A DNA stretch of 64,000 nucleotides from Macrostomum lignano (GCA_002269645.1 NIVC01000110.1:868001-932000), one strand, 5' to 3'; shown: positions 35,255 to 48,979, numbered from the stretch's first letter. The notes: a model not told the origin generated them from the letters alone. Program-made: numbers and translations.

Positions 35255-38200
35255 TATAATTCAGCATTAATAAATTAGAAGAAAAGCTGCAATGAAATAT
35301 TAGTATACAAGAATTGATTGTATAAAAGTTCAACACTGTTTACTTCGATTATTCCTAGATTGTTAGGTAATTGCTTAATATTAATTTCAATTTGACTTTT
35401 TGTATTTCCCTATTCACTTTATTTTCATCTTTTACATATGTACTGAAGTAGGCCTAGGCCTAGTTAATGCTATAAAATCTAAATTATAATTTTACTCTCA
35501 GTAAAACCAACCAACATATGCTATTTAATTTGTGATAAGTGCGATTTTAGTTTTTGTTTTATTTAATAAGTAGGGCATTAAAATTTATAATATTAAAATG
35601 TAAAGAGATTTGAGATGCTCGTGGTTTTTTAAATACTATTATATGAGTTAATTAAAGGTAATTAATTTTATCCCACAAAACTATTTACTAGATAGATATA
35701 GATAACAATGCAGCTACTTATAGAAAAAAATTCATTAATTTTTTTCAAAATTTCATCTAACTTGCATAAATAAACAGACTTAGTCTATAAGTATTTGTAA
35801 AGAAAGAACAAATAAGCAATAGCATGGAATGGAATAATTCTGAGTAAACCTAGAAATTAAATACCTTAAATCGGCACTGAAACATATAATTTGCTAGACT
35901 ATAGGTGGTTATGTAAGCATTTTTGTTTTTTGGCTTTGGTAATGCCCCAGGTAGGGAATATCAAAGCCACAAACTAAAAGGGGCAATAGAGCTCACCTTG
36001 TTTGCATAAAAAATCTACAAAAGTTATGAAGTTGAATTCTGATCCTCACGGAAATTCTAAACAACATCGTTAGCAACGAGTTTAACAGAATCATATGCCA
36101 AACTAAAAGCAGCTAATACTAATACTTTTACATGACATGCTAGAACTAACTAAGGCTAAGAGAAAATATAATATCTATATTTTTTAATTAGAACAATGCT
36201 TGGATTGCTTTGAGCTTGGACTGTGCTACGATTATTAACGGGACCTTTTGCACCAAAATCTTCGGTCAGTGGGGTAAAAAAACATTCCGCATTCTGTCAG
36301 AACGTATTTACTCCCCCTTATTAACGCGGTTATATATTGAATGCAATACAGTGCTAAGCCACCCATGCACTGTATTATATTTTATAACGCACGGAAGAAA
36401 CGACAAGTGCTTTCGCGGCGGAGCGAATCGACTACGCTTAATTTAGAAAACGTGAGCTGAGGTGACTAACGAGAGAAAGCCTCATTCACAAAATTACAAA
36501 TTTAGAGCCAAGAGGTGTAGAATAACGGATTGGAGTTTGCCATCCTTGTCAAGAATTAATTGTTTAGATTCTTTTTTAAAAGAGGACACTCAGAGTTGTC
36601 TTTATCTGTCGACTCGATATAGCGTAGACAAACGAACTCGCGCGATCAATAAAGGTCAAAGATAATTGATACGCTGGTAATAATGAATATTGAATAATAA
36701 GTTTTGTTCTGATTCACTGAAGCTTTATCAATAATATGACAATGAAATTTATTTTTATCATTTTTATTGATCGAACGAAACGAATAGATGGCACAATCCA
36801 CAATGGGCATGCACACATCAACAAGCTTTGCCTCCCCGGCTCCGCCTTCAACCTCAAATGCCACATCCTCTTCATCTTCACTCTTCACAATCATTTTAGT
36901 TTGGAGTCTGGACTGTACCGCCATTAGCGGATTCACACTACGAGAAAATGCATGTGATGCGATGATATGATTATGATTTATGAACTTATGAACTTATATA
37001 GTACAACAGGGGTTTAGATAGATCCAGATTCCAGAACAAGGTTTAGGACCAGAAGTTCAGGAGACCCGGACCAGGTTCATTCAGGGTGCAGCCAAGGACT
37101 TAGGACTTAGTTAGTTCTTACGGAAGAACTAGAACTTAGAAGAACTTAGTTAGTCTAGAAGTCCAGCTTGGGTGCAGCCGACACGAGTACAGCAGTGACA
37201 CGAGGCCAAATGCCAATGCCATGCCAAAACGTTTCACAATTTCCCATTCAAATCAACTTGCATATTGGATTGGAATTTGGAATTGCATTGCATCACCCAG
37301 GCGGCCCAGCCCAAATACAGGCCCGCGAATTTGCGATACCCTTTCATTTGAAAAAAGTTAAGACTTGGACTGGGGCTAACGTGATCGTGGATGGAAAGAA
37401 AGGATTGATAAAATAGAGGGGGGGTTTCGCTAGTTCTGTCTAACTAAAAGGCCCAGTAGGAGGCCTTCACTTTGGAGTTAAAGGATTTTCGTTCTCTCCG
37501 TCCCAGTCAAGACCAATGATTCAGACTGGGGAGCGGGGCCCGCGGGTCGAAATGTACATTTCTGCCTGCCGGGCCCGAGCGGTTTGTGCCTTCGCACAGA
37601 CCCCACCCCCCTCAGCCAACCACCCCACCACCGCCAAATCCCTCCCCCCCTTTCCTTACAGTCTGAAAACTTTGCTATATAGCGCCCGCGAAGGCCTCCC
37701 TCACGCTTGTGGCCTTCGCTTTCCCTCTCCAGTCTCTCCCTCTCTTGGCGTATCTGCCAGTGCCACTGCCAGGCTCCTCTCTAGTAAGTCTGTCCCTTCC
37801 CTTCGCATAGCGTATCCAATCTATATATCTGATATTTTAAACCTACACCATCCTTTTCGTTTCCACCAAGCCCGCTATATGCGCAATTTATATTATAAGT
37901 AAGTTCTTGTTAAACAGTTGAACTTTACCCTAACAACTGCAACTGAGTCTGAACTGAAGTGCCTAAGAAGCCTGCTATAATATGACTTCAGAATTGAGAA
38001 ACGCGCAAGCAATTGGCTTTGCTTCATCGAGTTAGCTCTGTCTGTCTTACACCACGGGACCATGCTTTTTTGCATTCGCATGCCGCTGTTATGTAAAAAC
38101 TTACATCGACATAACCATGGAATGTAAAGAAGTATGTTCTTCGGAGACATTAATCGACAATTTACCCTGTTTCTGTATTCTGACCCGTTACGTCCTTCGT

Positions 38201-39699
38201 TTAGTTTAAATATGCGCTCTCGTAGAGGAGAGGCCCGCCTACCCTACCTCGTCAAGCTAATCAAGATTGTATTCTAAATTCCAGCAGTAATAATTAATAA
38301 ATACCGATGCAATGAATTATAATTTCCTCGTTTTACGAGCTAAGCTGTTGTGTTTCCTTGTATCATTTTACATTCGATCAATGTTCGCTTCAAAGTTCAG
38401 AGCTATCCGTTTAAGAAATCGGGAACATTAGAGTCAGAGACTACTAAAAATGTAACTTCACAATTCCCACGCATCAAGGTGGGCACGGTCAGGCCTCTGA
38501 GGGAGGGGATCCTTTGAAAAATGGCAATCCTTAAGCTTAAGCTCTTCTTCAGCTCTCTCTAATCTACTCTCCTCTGCTCTTTCCTTTCTTCTCTCTTCTC
38601 CATGCCTTCATTCCCTCTCTTCTTTACTCTTCTCTCCTCTCTCTTCTCACCTTTTTCCCTCTTCTATTATCTCTCCTCTCCTCTCTGCCTCATATTCTCC
38701 CTAGCGCCAAGATGATCTGACCCTTGTGGTAAAAAAAAAGTTTTGAAAAAAAGCATGCACGAATCCTGCTTTGCACCATTTGGCTTTAGAAAATAATTTT
38801 TAGTATAGTGGAATAGATCGAATCGAATATTGCTCTGCGCTGCACTAGCCATGCTCTGCTGCAGTCAATCAATAACCTAAAGCCCCGAGGTCCCAGACTC
38901 CCTCAGCTCTCTTTAGCTCTATTATGCCTAGCACTCCACTATGCCACATATTTACAAGCAATAGTGTGGCTCGCTAGATCCCTATGAAGTTTTACGAACG
39001 AGCATTTTCCCCACTGCCACATCCCCCAAGCGCCTTCCCATGCCCACATCCCGTCCCTATTATAAAATTTTCCCAAATGCGGTATATACATGTAAGTCAT
39101 ATAAAGTAATATAAGTCAAACCATATTCCAGCTGGGATGCGGAACTGCAAACGGGATTTGGGAATTGGGATATTCTAGCTAGTGGGTAACTACTGCAATA
39201 TCTTTAGATTAAATAATAATTTACATGTAAACTTAACTGCTATAAGGTCACAGCCCTATCTATATACTGTACTGTACATGTATACAGGCGTTAACAGTAC
39301 TCGCACTCGGATGATGTACATAGATATACTCGTAGGTCGGTAGTTCCGGATTTACTAAGGTACATGTTCACATTTACCTACCCCTACCAGTATATATTTG
39401 CACTTATATTGCACACATGAACGCTTGTACATCTTCTATGTTCTCGGAAATCGGGAAAATGGAGACAGACAGTAATTGCCTGCAAACTTGTGGTGTATGC
39501 AGAGGGGGTATTGGAGCCCCGTGCCCCTTCTCATGCAATTGCCCCGGCCCCCAACAAAATAAATATTGCGCTGCTCTAAAAACTGAAATAAAAGAGGACA
39601 AAACAAGCTCGACGAAATCACGGAGCTCAAATTAAGATGTTGCCTCTTTCATGCACCGGATAGGGTAGGGCGTGACAACTAAGATAGGATTGCCCACCA

Positions 39700-40215
39700 A
39701 AAGAGACAGGGGCGCCCACCAAGAGACAGGAGCGCCCGCCAAGAGACAGGGGCGCCCACCAGGAGACAGGGGCGACTACCAAGAGACAGGAGCACCCACT
39801 AACAGACAGGAGCGCCCACCAAGAGACAGGGGCGCCCACTAAGAAACAGACAGGAGCGCCCAACAAGAGACAGGGGCGCCCACTAAAGGACAGGGGGCGC
39901 CCACCAAGAGACAGAGGCGCCAACCAAGAGACAGGGGGCACCCACCAAGAGACAGGGGCGCCCACCAAGAGACAGGGGCGCCCACCAAAAGACAGGAGCT
40001 CCCACCAAGAGACAGGGGCGCCCACCAAGAGACAGACGGGGGCGCCCACCAAGAGACAGGGACACCCACCAAGAGACAGGGGCGCCCACCAAGAGACAGA
40101 CGGGGGCGCCCACCAAGAGACGGGGGCACCCACCAAGAGACGGGGGCACCCACCAAGAGACAGGGGGCGCCCACCAAGAGACGGGGGCACCCACCAAGAG
40201 ACGGGGGCGCCCACC
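39700..40215. repeat. ~21-bp minisatellite (AGAGACAGGGGCGCCCACCA)
   Basis: Read directly; reverse-complement relative of the 21625-21990 array. Confidence 0.9.
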
Positions 40216-41426
40216 AAGTGACGTGCGCCAACCAAAGCACGAAATATCGGCGCCCCTTAGGTTTGGGAACTTTGGGGCCTTTAAAATTGATCAGCTTTAC
40301 TCTTCTTACTGCCCGTGCCCACCACTGTGCCTTACATTCACCTTTTTACAGTGCAAGAAACCCAGTGGTTTAAAACCTAGCTTATCTGTGACTAACAGGC
40401 CCTATAAAAGAAGCAAACAGACTACAGAGCAGACTCCTTATCAGTGAAACAAAATATAGTTTAGCCTAGATCTCGTATATAACTTAACACTATATATTAG
40501 ACTTGGTAAGTATAGTTTAGTAATTTACTGTATAACAATATGCATTATAAATTAACGGACCGTGTTTGCGATTACTATATTAATTAACTTTGGAAATTAA
40601 TAGGAAGTCGTGAAATCCCAAGAATCCCAAATATTTTTTAAACTAAAACGAAAATGACTGTTAATTTTTCATGGCACACATTTTTTTAATTTCTTGAGTA
40701 GCTGCAGCCTCCCAGAGACCCAGACAAGACAAGAGTCTGGCAAACTTTAAAACTGCCTCGCTGCATGCTTTGTTTTAAATTGATACCAAAATAAAAAACT
40801 GCACGTCGCTTTCTAGTGAGCCTACTGTAAGTAAGTTATATAGAGTTTTTTTTAAACCTGTAGCATGCGAATTGCATTCTATTGCATTCTATACACAATG
40901 ACCATGGACCCCCACACCAAACTCAGACAAACAAAGAGGAAAGGAAATATGAAACAGAAGATGACTCATAGCTCTTTATTTTGACATCCTAAAATTTCTA
41001 AAAACTACGCATGATTAAAGCATGTCTGGATTTAGCAACCATAATTAAAACAACCATAAGTAGCATAATTAAAATAATTTCTCTGTACACCTATATTATA
41101 GTAACAAGAGCATCTAAACTTGAGAATTACATTCGGAACCCATGTTTGTTCACGTATTAAAATTGATAATAAGGTACACATGCACGAAGTCAATTCTTTT
41201 AAAAACTTTTAGGAACACGTGACCTGATCGACTTTTATGCCCCAGAAAAAAATCACAACATCAAAATGCACCATGGTATTTATAAGTATAATCAATAATT
41301 CGAAAGTAATTTGAAGCTTAAACGCATCAGGAAATTGCATAGCGTATAGTAGTTTCTCAGGAGTTACATGCATTTTGAAGGGGTAACCATTTAATTTCAT
41401 ATAGCGTTGGCGTCAGCAATCGGAAA

Positions 41427-41685
41427 GCGCCAGCACCGGAGGCGTCAGCACCGGGGGCGCCAGCACCGGGGGCGCCAGCACCGGGGGCGCCAGCACCGGG
41501 GGCGCCAGCACCGGGGGCGCCAGCACCGGGGGCGCCAGCACCGGGGGCGCCAGCACCGGGGGCGCCAGCACCGGGGGCGCCAGCACCGGGGGCGCCAGCA
41601 CCGGGGGCGCCAGCACCGGGAGCGCCAGCACCGGGGGCGCCAGCACCGGGGGCGCCAGCACTGGGGGCGCGGCGGCGCCAGCACC
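41427..41685. repeat. 15-bp GC-rich minisatellite (CAGCACCGGGGGCGC), ~16 copies
   Basis: Read directly; nearly perfect copies. Confidence 0.95.
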
Positions 41686-42217
41686 CTAATTATATTGAGT
41701 ACTATAGTAACCATAAATCTGCACAGAAACTTGAAAATCCACCTTAGAGATTAAATTGTGCGCGACCATCAAACTTCGAAGTTCGAAGCAATTCGAAGCT
41801 GCATGCATATGCACACACATGTCATGCTGTACCACATGCATATCTTCACTGGCTCAATCCATCTTACAGGTAAATAGGAGCGGATGTTTACAGTATACAG
41901 CAGGCGCGGCACAGCAAACTGTTTACTGCAATTTCAAAATGTAGAGGATAAGCATTGAGCATCCATTCACACAGCTGGGCTATTCATAGCTGATAATGAT
42001 CTTAACTTAGCTGGCAACGGCCTATTCGCTTTACCAAGAATTAATATCATCATGCCAAGCTTGCAAGCGAAGCTGAAACCCAATTGACACAGGAAGTAAA
42101 AGCGTGATACTCGTAGATCCGTATATTTATCCTTACAGCCACTGTACCATCGATAACGCGTTAACTTGTTAAGCTTTCTTCAACGTTTTAAACTGAACTT
42201 CCATAATTGTTCCAGAT

Positions 42218-42730
42218 CGGGGCTCGGCAAGCATTTTTAACTTAAGGGCCAGATTATAGAATCTAGCGCATGGCTGCAGGTCAGAGAAAGAACAGAGGAG
42301 AGAGGGAGAGGAGAGATGAGAGAGGAGGGGAGAGAAGAGATGAGAGAGAAGGGGAGAGGAAGGGATGAGAGGAACGGAGAGAGGAGAGATGAGGGAGAAG
42401 GGGGAGAGAAGGGGAGAGAGGAGATATGACAGAGTTGATGAGAGGAATGGAGAGAGGAGAGATGAGGGAGCAGGGGAGGGGGTGGGAGAGGAGAGGGGAG
42501 AGGGGTGAGAGAGAAGAGGGGGAGGAGGGAAAAGAGTAGGAGATGAGAGTGGAATGGAGAGGAGATATGAGGGAGGAAAGAGAAGAGGGGAGATGAAAGA
42601 GAGGAAAGAGAAAAGAGACCTGAAATGAGACAAACCTTAAACGGGCCGGATTGCTGCTATCGTGAAGTTTCAAAGGTCCCGAGGGCCGGATGGAGAGGTT
42701 GCTTCGCGGGCCGCCATGTTGTATCAAGTT
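42218..42730 (-). mobile_element. Degenerate copy of the hAT MITE family with an internal GA/CT tract
   Basis: GGGGCTCGGCAAGC...AAGGGCCAGATT resembles the reverse complement of the 27045 element's right end. GAAGTTTCAAAGG resembles the reverse complement of its CCTTTGAAACTT motif. Confidence 0.55.
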
Positions 42731-44004
42731 CTGTACAGAGCACAGTATACAACATGAGCCATGCAGGTATGCCCCAACCACCCCTGTGCAAGAGATACTG
42801 GCCAATGGGAATCACGTTGGCTTGGGGCCGGGTCTGCACAGAGAGTTCGTGAACCCAATAAAGGGGACCCAGCAGCCCGGCTCTCAGAATACCTCAGAAC
42901 AACACCACTACAAGAAACTTTCAAGCACCAGGAAACTACATAGATAGGGGTAAGTTGCACATATCGAACTCAAAACAAGAGTACCCCAGAATCTGCTAAA
43001 CTGGTTCAAGGCCGGTCCATAAGGGCTGTCTGTTTTACTAATAACTTTTGGTCCCCTTAAACCAGTTGAGCAGTATGGAGCATTTCACCATTGACTTTAT
43101 TTATCACCTAATTGTAACGCTTTTTCAATGCATCCTACTGTTCAGTTGTCAGAAAATAAAATCGACATAGACAATAAATAAAATAGCGCTTATTAGTGAG
43201 CAATGACAAGTTTGATACAAGTAGAATGCGTTGCTGTGTATTTTGTGTATTTTTTCATTCGATTATAGGACTGATTTATATATATTCAATCTGCGACATG
43301 GATCGTACGATATTGAAGTAAATTTATAATGATAACTGGGGAGGCGGGGTTCACATTCTTTGTACAAGAGAAGGGACATTTATTACAATCGCAATAAGTA
43401 AAATTTTAATTAGCAAAGTTGAAGCTTTTATTAAGCTGAGCTGCCGCCTCTGCGCGTTAGGCATAATTACGTAGATAAGAAATCAGTTAATTGGTTGTTG
43501 ACCACCTTTCAATACTATCAATTAAGTCACTGCTAATGAGTAAGCTGGAGTTTAGCGGCTGTTGTGTTGAAAAATAGAAATAAATTGCAGAAAGCATAGA
43601 TAGCAGCGGCCTGACTAAAAAACAGCACAAATATACTAATTACGCTACTGCAAGTAAGCTACTCGTGGATGCACAAATTCAAATCTCTTTTATAGCAGTT
43701 ATAAAAAATTATCGACACTTCCAACGTAGCGGAGAGTCTGTGTATTTTAACGCACAATCAGCAGTAGCAAGTAATAATGATGATGATTATTATTATTTCT
43801 ATGACAAACAAAGCTTTAAAGCTTAACGAACGCTTTGTATGACGGGATTAGGAAGCGATAGAAACTGATATAAAAAAGGTGCAAAATTAGGGACTTCAGG
43901 TGAGAACCGCGATAATTGAGGCAAAAATGATTATGACTGATGTATGAGGAATAAAAAAACAATTGCTTTAACTGAGGGCTGAACACAATTATATGGAAGG
44001 GAAG

Positions 44005-44500
44005 GAATGTACATTCAGTGAGTTAGGAGTCGGATAGGACCCAATGTGCATTCTATGGTAGGGAAGGAATGTACATTCAGTGAGTTAGGAGTTGGATAGG
44101 ACCCCATGTACATTCTATGGTAGGGAAAGAATGTACATTCAGTGAGTTAGGAGTTGGATAGGACCCAATGTGCATTCTATGGTAGGGAAAGAATGTACAT
44201 TCAGTGAGTTAGGAGTTGGATAGGACCCAATGTGCATTCTATGGTAGGGAAAGAATGTACATTCAGTGGGTTAGGAGTTGGAAAGGACCCAATGTGCATT
44301 CTATGGTAGGGAAAGAATGTACATTCAGTGGGTTAGGAGTTGGATAGGACCCAATGTGCATTCTATGGTAGGGAAATAATGTACATTTCAGTGGGTTAGG
44401 AGTTGGATAGGACCCAATTTGCATTCTATGGTAGGAAAATAATGTACATTCAGTGGGTTATAAAGCGGAAAAGACCCAATGTACATTTTTTGGTTGGTAG
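44005..44500. repeat. 62-bp tandem repeat (GGTAGGGAAAGAATGTACATTCAGTGAGTTAGGAGTTGGATAGGACCCAATGTGCATTCTAT), ~8 copies
   Basis: Read directly. Confidence 0.92.
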
Positions 44501-45194
44501 GACAGAATAGGGTAGAATGTAATTTTAAACAATCAACGTACATCCGAGGGCTGGTTTAAGGGAAACGAACGTACACCGATGTTTGATCGGGAAATGACAG
44601 CTAAATAAAGAATTTAGTGGCCTATAATAGTGGAGAAACAACCGAGACAATTTTTAAAGACAGCCAAGCCTCACGTTTAAAATGGTAAATCAGATGAAAA
44701 ATGACATGCCTCTAAATTGAATAAGCTAAGAATGATTAGCTACTTTATTAATAATCCCACAAGCATCGCACGCAGGACATACAGGACTAAGAGCGGCAGC
44801 AGCACAAGGACAATAAAATTGCGAAGTTTAACAAAATATTCGAAACAAATTTTGGTGCTGACAGAAAAGTTTTAAGCAGATGATGAGAAGAAATATTAAC
44901 CTAAAAGTGGCAATGTGGGCAAGTTATTAGTTTTTTATTAAAAATTTCTGACTTGCTGAAAATATTAGAAAATAAAGCAATGGTACTGATACATAATTTG
45001 AGAATTGCATCCTCTGACAGACAGCACAATCAGAGATTTTTTTACTTTTCTTTCTAGCAGTGACTACGCGTAAATTATACTACTGACAAACAGTCATAGA
45101 AGTAGTAAGCCCTTAGCTTCGATACCTAAATTAATGAATTAATTGAATAAGAATACTAAGGCACCGCTTGAATATCTCGCGTGGACGAATTGAA

Positions 45195-45400
45195 ACAACT
45201 GAGAGAGAGGGGGAGAGAGGAAGAGGGAAAAAGAGGGGAGAGAGTGAAGGGAAAGGGATAGGGGAAAAGAGGGAGAGTGAGAGAGGGGTAGAGAGGGGAA
45301 GAGAGTGGGAGAGTGGAAGTGGGATAAGGGAAGAGAGGGAGAGGGATAGGGGAAGAGCGAGGGAATGGCGGAGAAGGGGAGAGAATTCAGCAAGAACGAA
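45195..45400. repeat. GA-rich low-complexity tract
   Basis: Read directly; downstream of TAF4. Confidence 0.85.
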
Positions 45401-45585
45401 ATGACACATTTAGAAGCCATTGGAAGCAAGCACACGCATCAGATTAATTTTAATAATAGGACGCACAGTTAATATATAGAGTGGCGGAAAGACTGAACAG
45501 GTGAGAACAGGAAACTTGGAAATCAGCACAAGGGGATCAGGCTACAAATAAAATAAACATAAATTTAAAGCAGGCGTGAGGGTCA

Positions 45586-47346
45586 TCAGCTCGCAGCCTT
45601 GTACAGCAGCCGCTTGGGCGCCCTGGAGTCGGACTGCAGCGCCATCAGTAGGTCCCGCATGCCCACCCGGGTGTGCTTCGGCCGTTTCGAACCGAGAGAG
45701 CCCAGGCCTCCGCCGATGCCGCCGCTGCTGCCGCCACCACCGCTGCCGCCGCCGCCGCCAGGCCCGGCGCCGAAGAACGGCCGCTTCCGGCTGCTGCCGA
45801 AGATGGCCAGAGCGGCGGTCTCGTTTGCCTTGTCCTGCTTGTCCTGCTCGTACTCGGCTTCTTGCAGTTCTCGCGCCTTCTGCTTCAACTTCTGCTGCTC
45901 CGGGTCGTCCATTTTAGCTCGCGACTTCGCCGCCCTAAGCAGCCGTTCGCGCTCCTCCTCGTCTTTGCGCTGCTTCTCCTGCGCGTCGAGGCCGGCCAGG
46001 AATTTCAATCGCCTTGCCGCGTCGTCGGTGCGGGCCAAATAGGGACAGGCGGCCGCCAGCGGCTCAGACCTGTGCTCAGCAGCGGCCGCCGCATGTTCTA
46101 AAATGTCGGTAAGTCGACGCTCAACAGCAGCTGATAGAAAAGCGACGGCGCTGTCGGAGACTTCCAGAAGACCGTCGGATCGGACGAGGTTGATGAGGCG
46201 ACGCTGGAGCGAGCCGGAGCCGAAGAGGACGCCCTGGTCGGGGCACTGGCGAGCTGCTCCCGCGGCAGTTGCAGGCGTCACCGCCGTGGCCGCGGCAGCA
46301 GCCGGTGCAGACGAAGATGAAACCGCAGTGACAGAAGCTGAGCTGACAGCAATTGCTGTAAAGGATGCCTCATTCTCATTCTTGATATTTGCTCCGACAA
46401 ATGATTTGGTATCTGCCAGATTATCGTCTGAAGGGACAGACTGCTTCTGCTGGATAGCTGAACTTGTTGCTGCATGCATAACAGGCACAGCGGAAGAAGT
46501 CGCTGAAGACACCGCAGTAGCAGTTGAGGGCAACGGCGCAGCGGTTGAGGCAGCGACAAGAACAGTGGAGGCCATGGGGCGGCTGTGCTGCATCATTGGC
46601 TGCATGGCTGCTCGAACTACAGTTGGGGCTGGCATTCGCATGAGCTGCTGCTGCTGTTGTTGCGACTGCTGCTGCTGAGGCATTGGCGAGTCCAACCTGA
46701 CCAGGCCCTGTCGATATGCCCGTCGATAATTGGGCAGGTGCAAATTGAGAAAGCCCAGCAACTGATCCGAATTAGTGCTAGAGCCTAGCGCCTCTTTCAA
46801 CTGATTGACAAAGTCTGGCACTGGCAGGCGTTCCTCCACAACATCCCGGATCAGCTGGGTGACCCTCTGCGGTCTCGTGTTGTCTTCGCTATTCTCTCTG
46901 GACAGGCGCTGCAATACGCTGAGAAAGTTTGAGCACTTTGCTATGCTCTCATTGCTGACCCCACCGGCGCTGACTTGAGTAGGCGCTCCGCCAACTGGCA
47001 CGCCGGGACTGGCAGCTACGCCGCAGACGGCAACGTGAGACACCGGCGGTCGAGCCTGCATAGCCGCCTGCGGCATGGAGGCCGCGGCCGCCGGCCTAGC
47101 AATAATCTGTTGGCCGCCATTGCCATGGAACAGCACATACTGCGGCATGCTCGGATGCCTGAGCACAATATTCGGCCCCATGGCCAGCTGTTGCCCGCTG
47201 GGCATTCGAATCACCGAGGCGGCACTGCTAGAAACGCTACCAGCTGCTGACGGCTCCGACGGTCGGACTGACTGAGGCGGAGCCATGTGCACCAGGCGAA
47301 GCTGCGCGGCGCCATTTGGAGCCTGAAAGGCCCGACTGTCGCCCAT
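45586..47346 (-). CDS. TAF4: TFIID subunit TAF4, 586 aa, uninterrupted CDS
   Basis: TAFH/NHR1-like segment (KCSNFLSVLQRL...VTQLIRDVVEERLPVPDFVNQLKEAL), histone fold (LQRRLINLV...AVAFLSAAVERRLTDILE), KQKARELQ...ANETAALAI, and the conserved C-terminus TRVGMRDLLMALQ...LLYKA. First ATG is at 47346; the track ORF starts at a TTG. Confidence 0.92.
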   Translation of the reverse strand: MGDSRAFQAPNGAAQLRLVHMAPPQSVRPSEPSAAGSVSSSAASVIRMPSGQQLAMGPNIVLRHPSMPQYVLFHGNGGQQIIARPAAAASMPQAAMQARPPVSHVAVCGVAASPGVPVGGAPTQVSAGGVSNESIAKCSNFLSVLQRLSRENSEDNTRPQRVTQLIRDVVEERLPVPDFVNQLKEALGSSTNSDQLLGFLNLHLPNYRRAYRQGLVRLDSPMPQQQQSQQQQQQLMRMPAPTVVRAAMQPMMQHSRPMASTVLVAASTAAPLPSTATAVSSATSSAVPVMHAATSSAIQQKQSVPSDDNLADTKSFVGANIKNENEASFTAIAVSSASVTAVSSSSAPAAAAATAVTPATAAGAARQCPDQGVLFGSGSLQRRLINLVRSDGLLEVSDSAVAFLSAAVERRLTDILEHAAAAAEHRSEPLAAACPYLARTDDAARRLKFLAGLDAQEKQRKDEEERERLLRAAKSRAKMDDPEQQKLKQKARELQEAEYEQDKQDKANETAALAIFGSSRKRPFFGAGPGGGGGSGGGGSSGGIGGGLGSLGSKRPKHTRVGMRDLLMALQSDSRAPKRLLYKAAS

Positions 47347-48190
47347 GGTCTGAGAAACCTGCTTGCTGCTCTGTCCGAGTTTCTGTCCTCTGCTGTGCCT
47401 AGCCAAGCTCAACTGTCAGTTGCATTGTTTGTTTTTAAGCAGATGAAAATGGAAAAGATAATTTTAGATGAACTTTGCTTTATTTCACTAATGCATTGAC
47501 TTACCCAAAATGCTTATATATTGAAAACTTTAAACAAAAAGTAAAAATGCAAGCATATATTTCAGATTTACACCTGCTTTGTTTTTTGGTAACACACTTT
47601 GAATTTTATGCATCTATAAGTTCAATTTTTCTTATCCCTAATGACTCAATTTAGGTTTCTTAAGCACTAGATTCAGCATGATTTAGCATCTTAGGTATCA
47701 ATTTAGGATGTCAAATAAAAAGTAGGATCTTATCTAGCAATGGTTATATGTTTAAAAAAGAAAAAGATAACAACTATTATAATCCTCTAGTTTTAATAGA
47801 CAGTTATTAAATTTAAACTACTTTAATGAAATCACACTTCAATGGAAACTTTTATAGAAATTATTGCATCTAAGATAATGTAAGAAAAATCATTTACAAC
47901 TTAGATTTTTTATTGGCAGACACTTTTATATCTGAATACTATAATTAATAAAGTTTGTTTATCATTTGCATAATTATATAATATAGTTATCACAAATTTA
48001 ATATTAGCCATTATCAAAATAATATAAAGCCAACAAAATTATATAATTTAGATGATTAACTTGAATAATTCAAACCTATCTATTATTATCTATAAATTAG
48101 CTTTCACCTTGGCATTCCTATCACAATACTGTGTCAATTTCAATTGTCGTGTTGTTGGTGGCATTTGGTCTATCATATAAAATTGTCGGC

Positions 48191-48875
48191 TATCCTTTAG
48201 TAGAATCATTCGTTAAATTAATTTTTGTTTGAATTCGATTTCTTTCTATTTTTAGAGTCCAAAAATATGAAACAAGTGAACAATCTAACAGTTTACAATT
48301 AAATATACTGGCAGCTAAATTGTTTGTTATAGTCAATTGCCACATCACGACACGAGGGTACTATTTTAACGTTGGGTAATAGGGGTAATAGTGTCACTGG
48401 GTAATTTTATCCAGGACACATTTTTCCACAATTTTTGAATTTGTGCATTGATGTCAGGAATTCTTAAAATAGTATAAGTTTTGCGCGCACAAAGCATTAA
48501 TATGTCTATGGTCAAAGTCGGTGACAGTGCGGAGCTGGGGGACTTTTAAAGGGAGATGCATTTGAGATTGAAAAATTAGCTACCGAGCTGCCATACTGGG
48601 ATTCAAGTCAAGCCACTGCTTACTTTGCTGATTTTGGACTATTACTCTCTGGATGGCTGGATCTGGATGACCAGTGGCCTCAAGTTGGATTGTGTCACTG
48701 TTTAACTTTCAGTAGTACCCTCGTGTCGTGATTTGGAAATTAACTATAACAAACAATTTAGCTGCCAGTACATGTTAAACTGTTGGATCGTTCACTTGTT
48801 TACATTTTTACTCTAAAATTAGAAATGAATTAAATTCAAGCGAAAAAATAATTTAACAAACGATTCTATAGGATA
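48191..48875. mobile_element. Old MITE-like element with ~170-bp degenerate inverted arms
   Basis: 48191-48362 versus 48712-48875, e.g. TACTGGCAGCTAAATTGTTTGTTATAG and CTATAACAAACAATTTAGCTGCCAGTA. Confidence 0.65.
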
Positions 48876-48914
48876 CCAAATTGTCATTTATAGCCTCAAT
48901 TTGTTGTGCATTTT

Positions 48915-48979
48915 TTTGGCCCGCCACCTCAGCCAGTCGTCCAATCCGGCCCGCACTGAAAAAAGTTTGCCGACCCCTG
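48915..48979 (+). mobile_element. Right end of a hAT-type MITE
   Basis: GGCCCGC...AATCCGGCCCGCACTGAAAAAAGTTTGCCGACCCCTG matches the TIR of the 27045 family. Confidence 0.6.

Noticed and set aside
36646-36936. ORF with an acidic stretch upstream of calpain
   Set aside because: No homology recognised and no compatible splice path into the calpain CDS was found.
45599-47275. Plus-strand ORFs over TAF4
   Set aside because: Antisense shadows of a GC-rich CDS.
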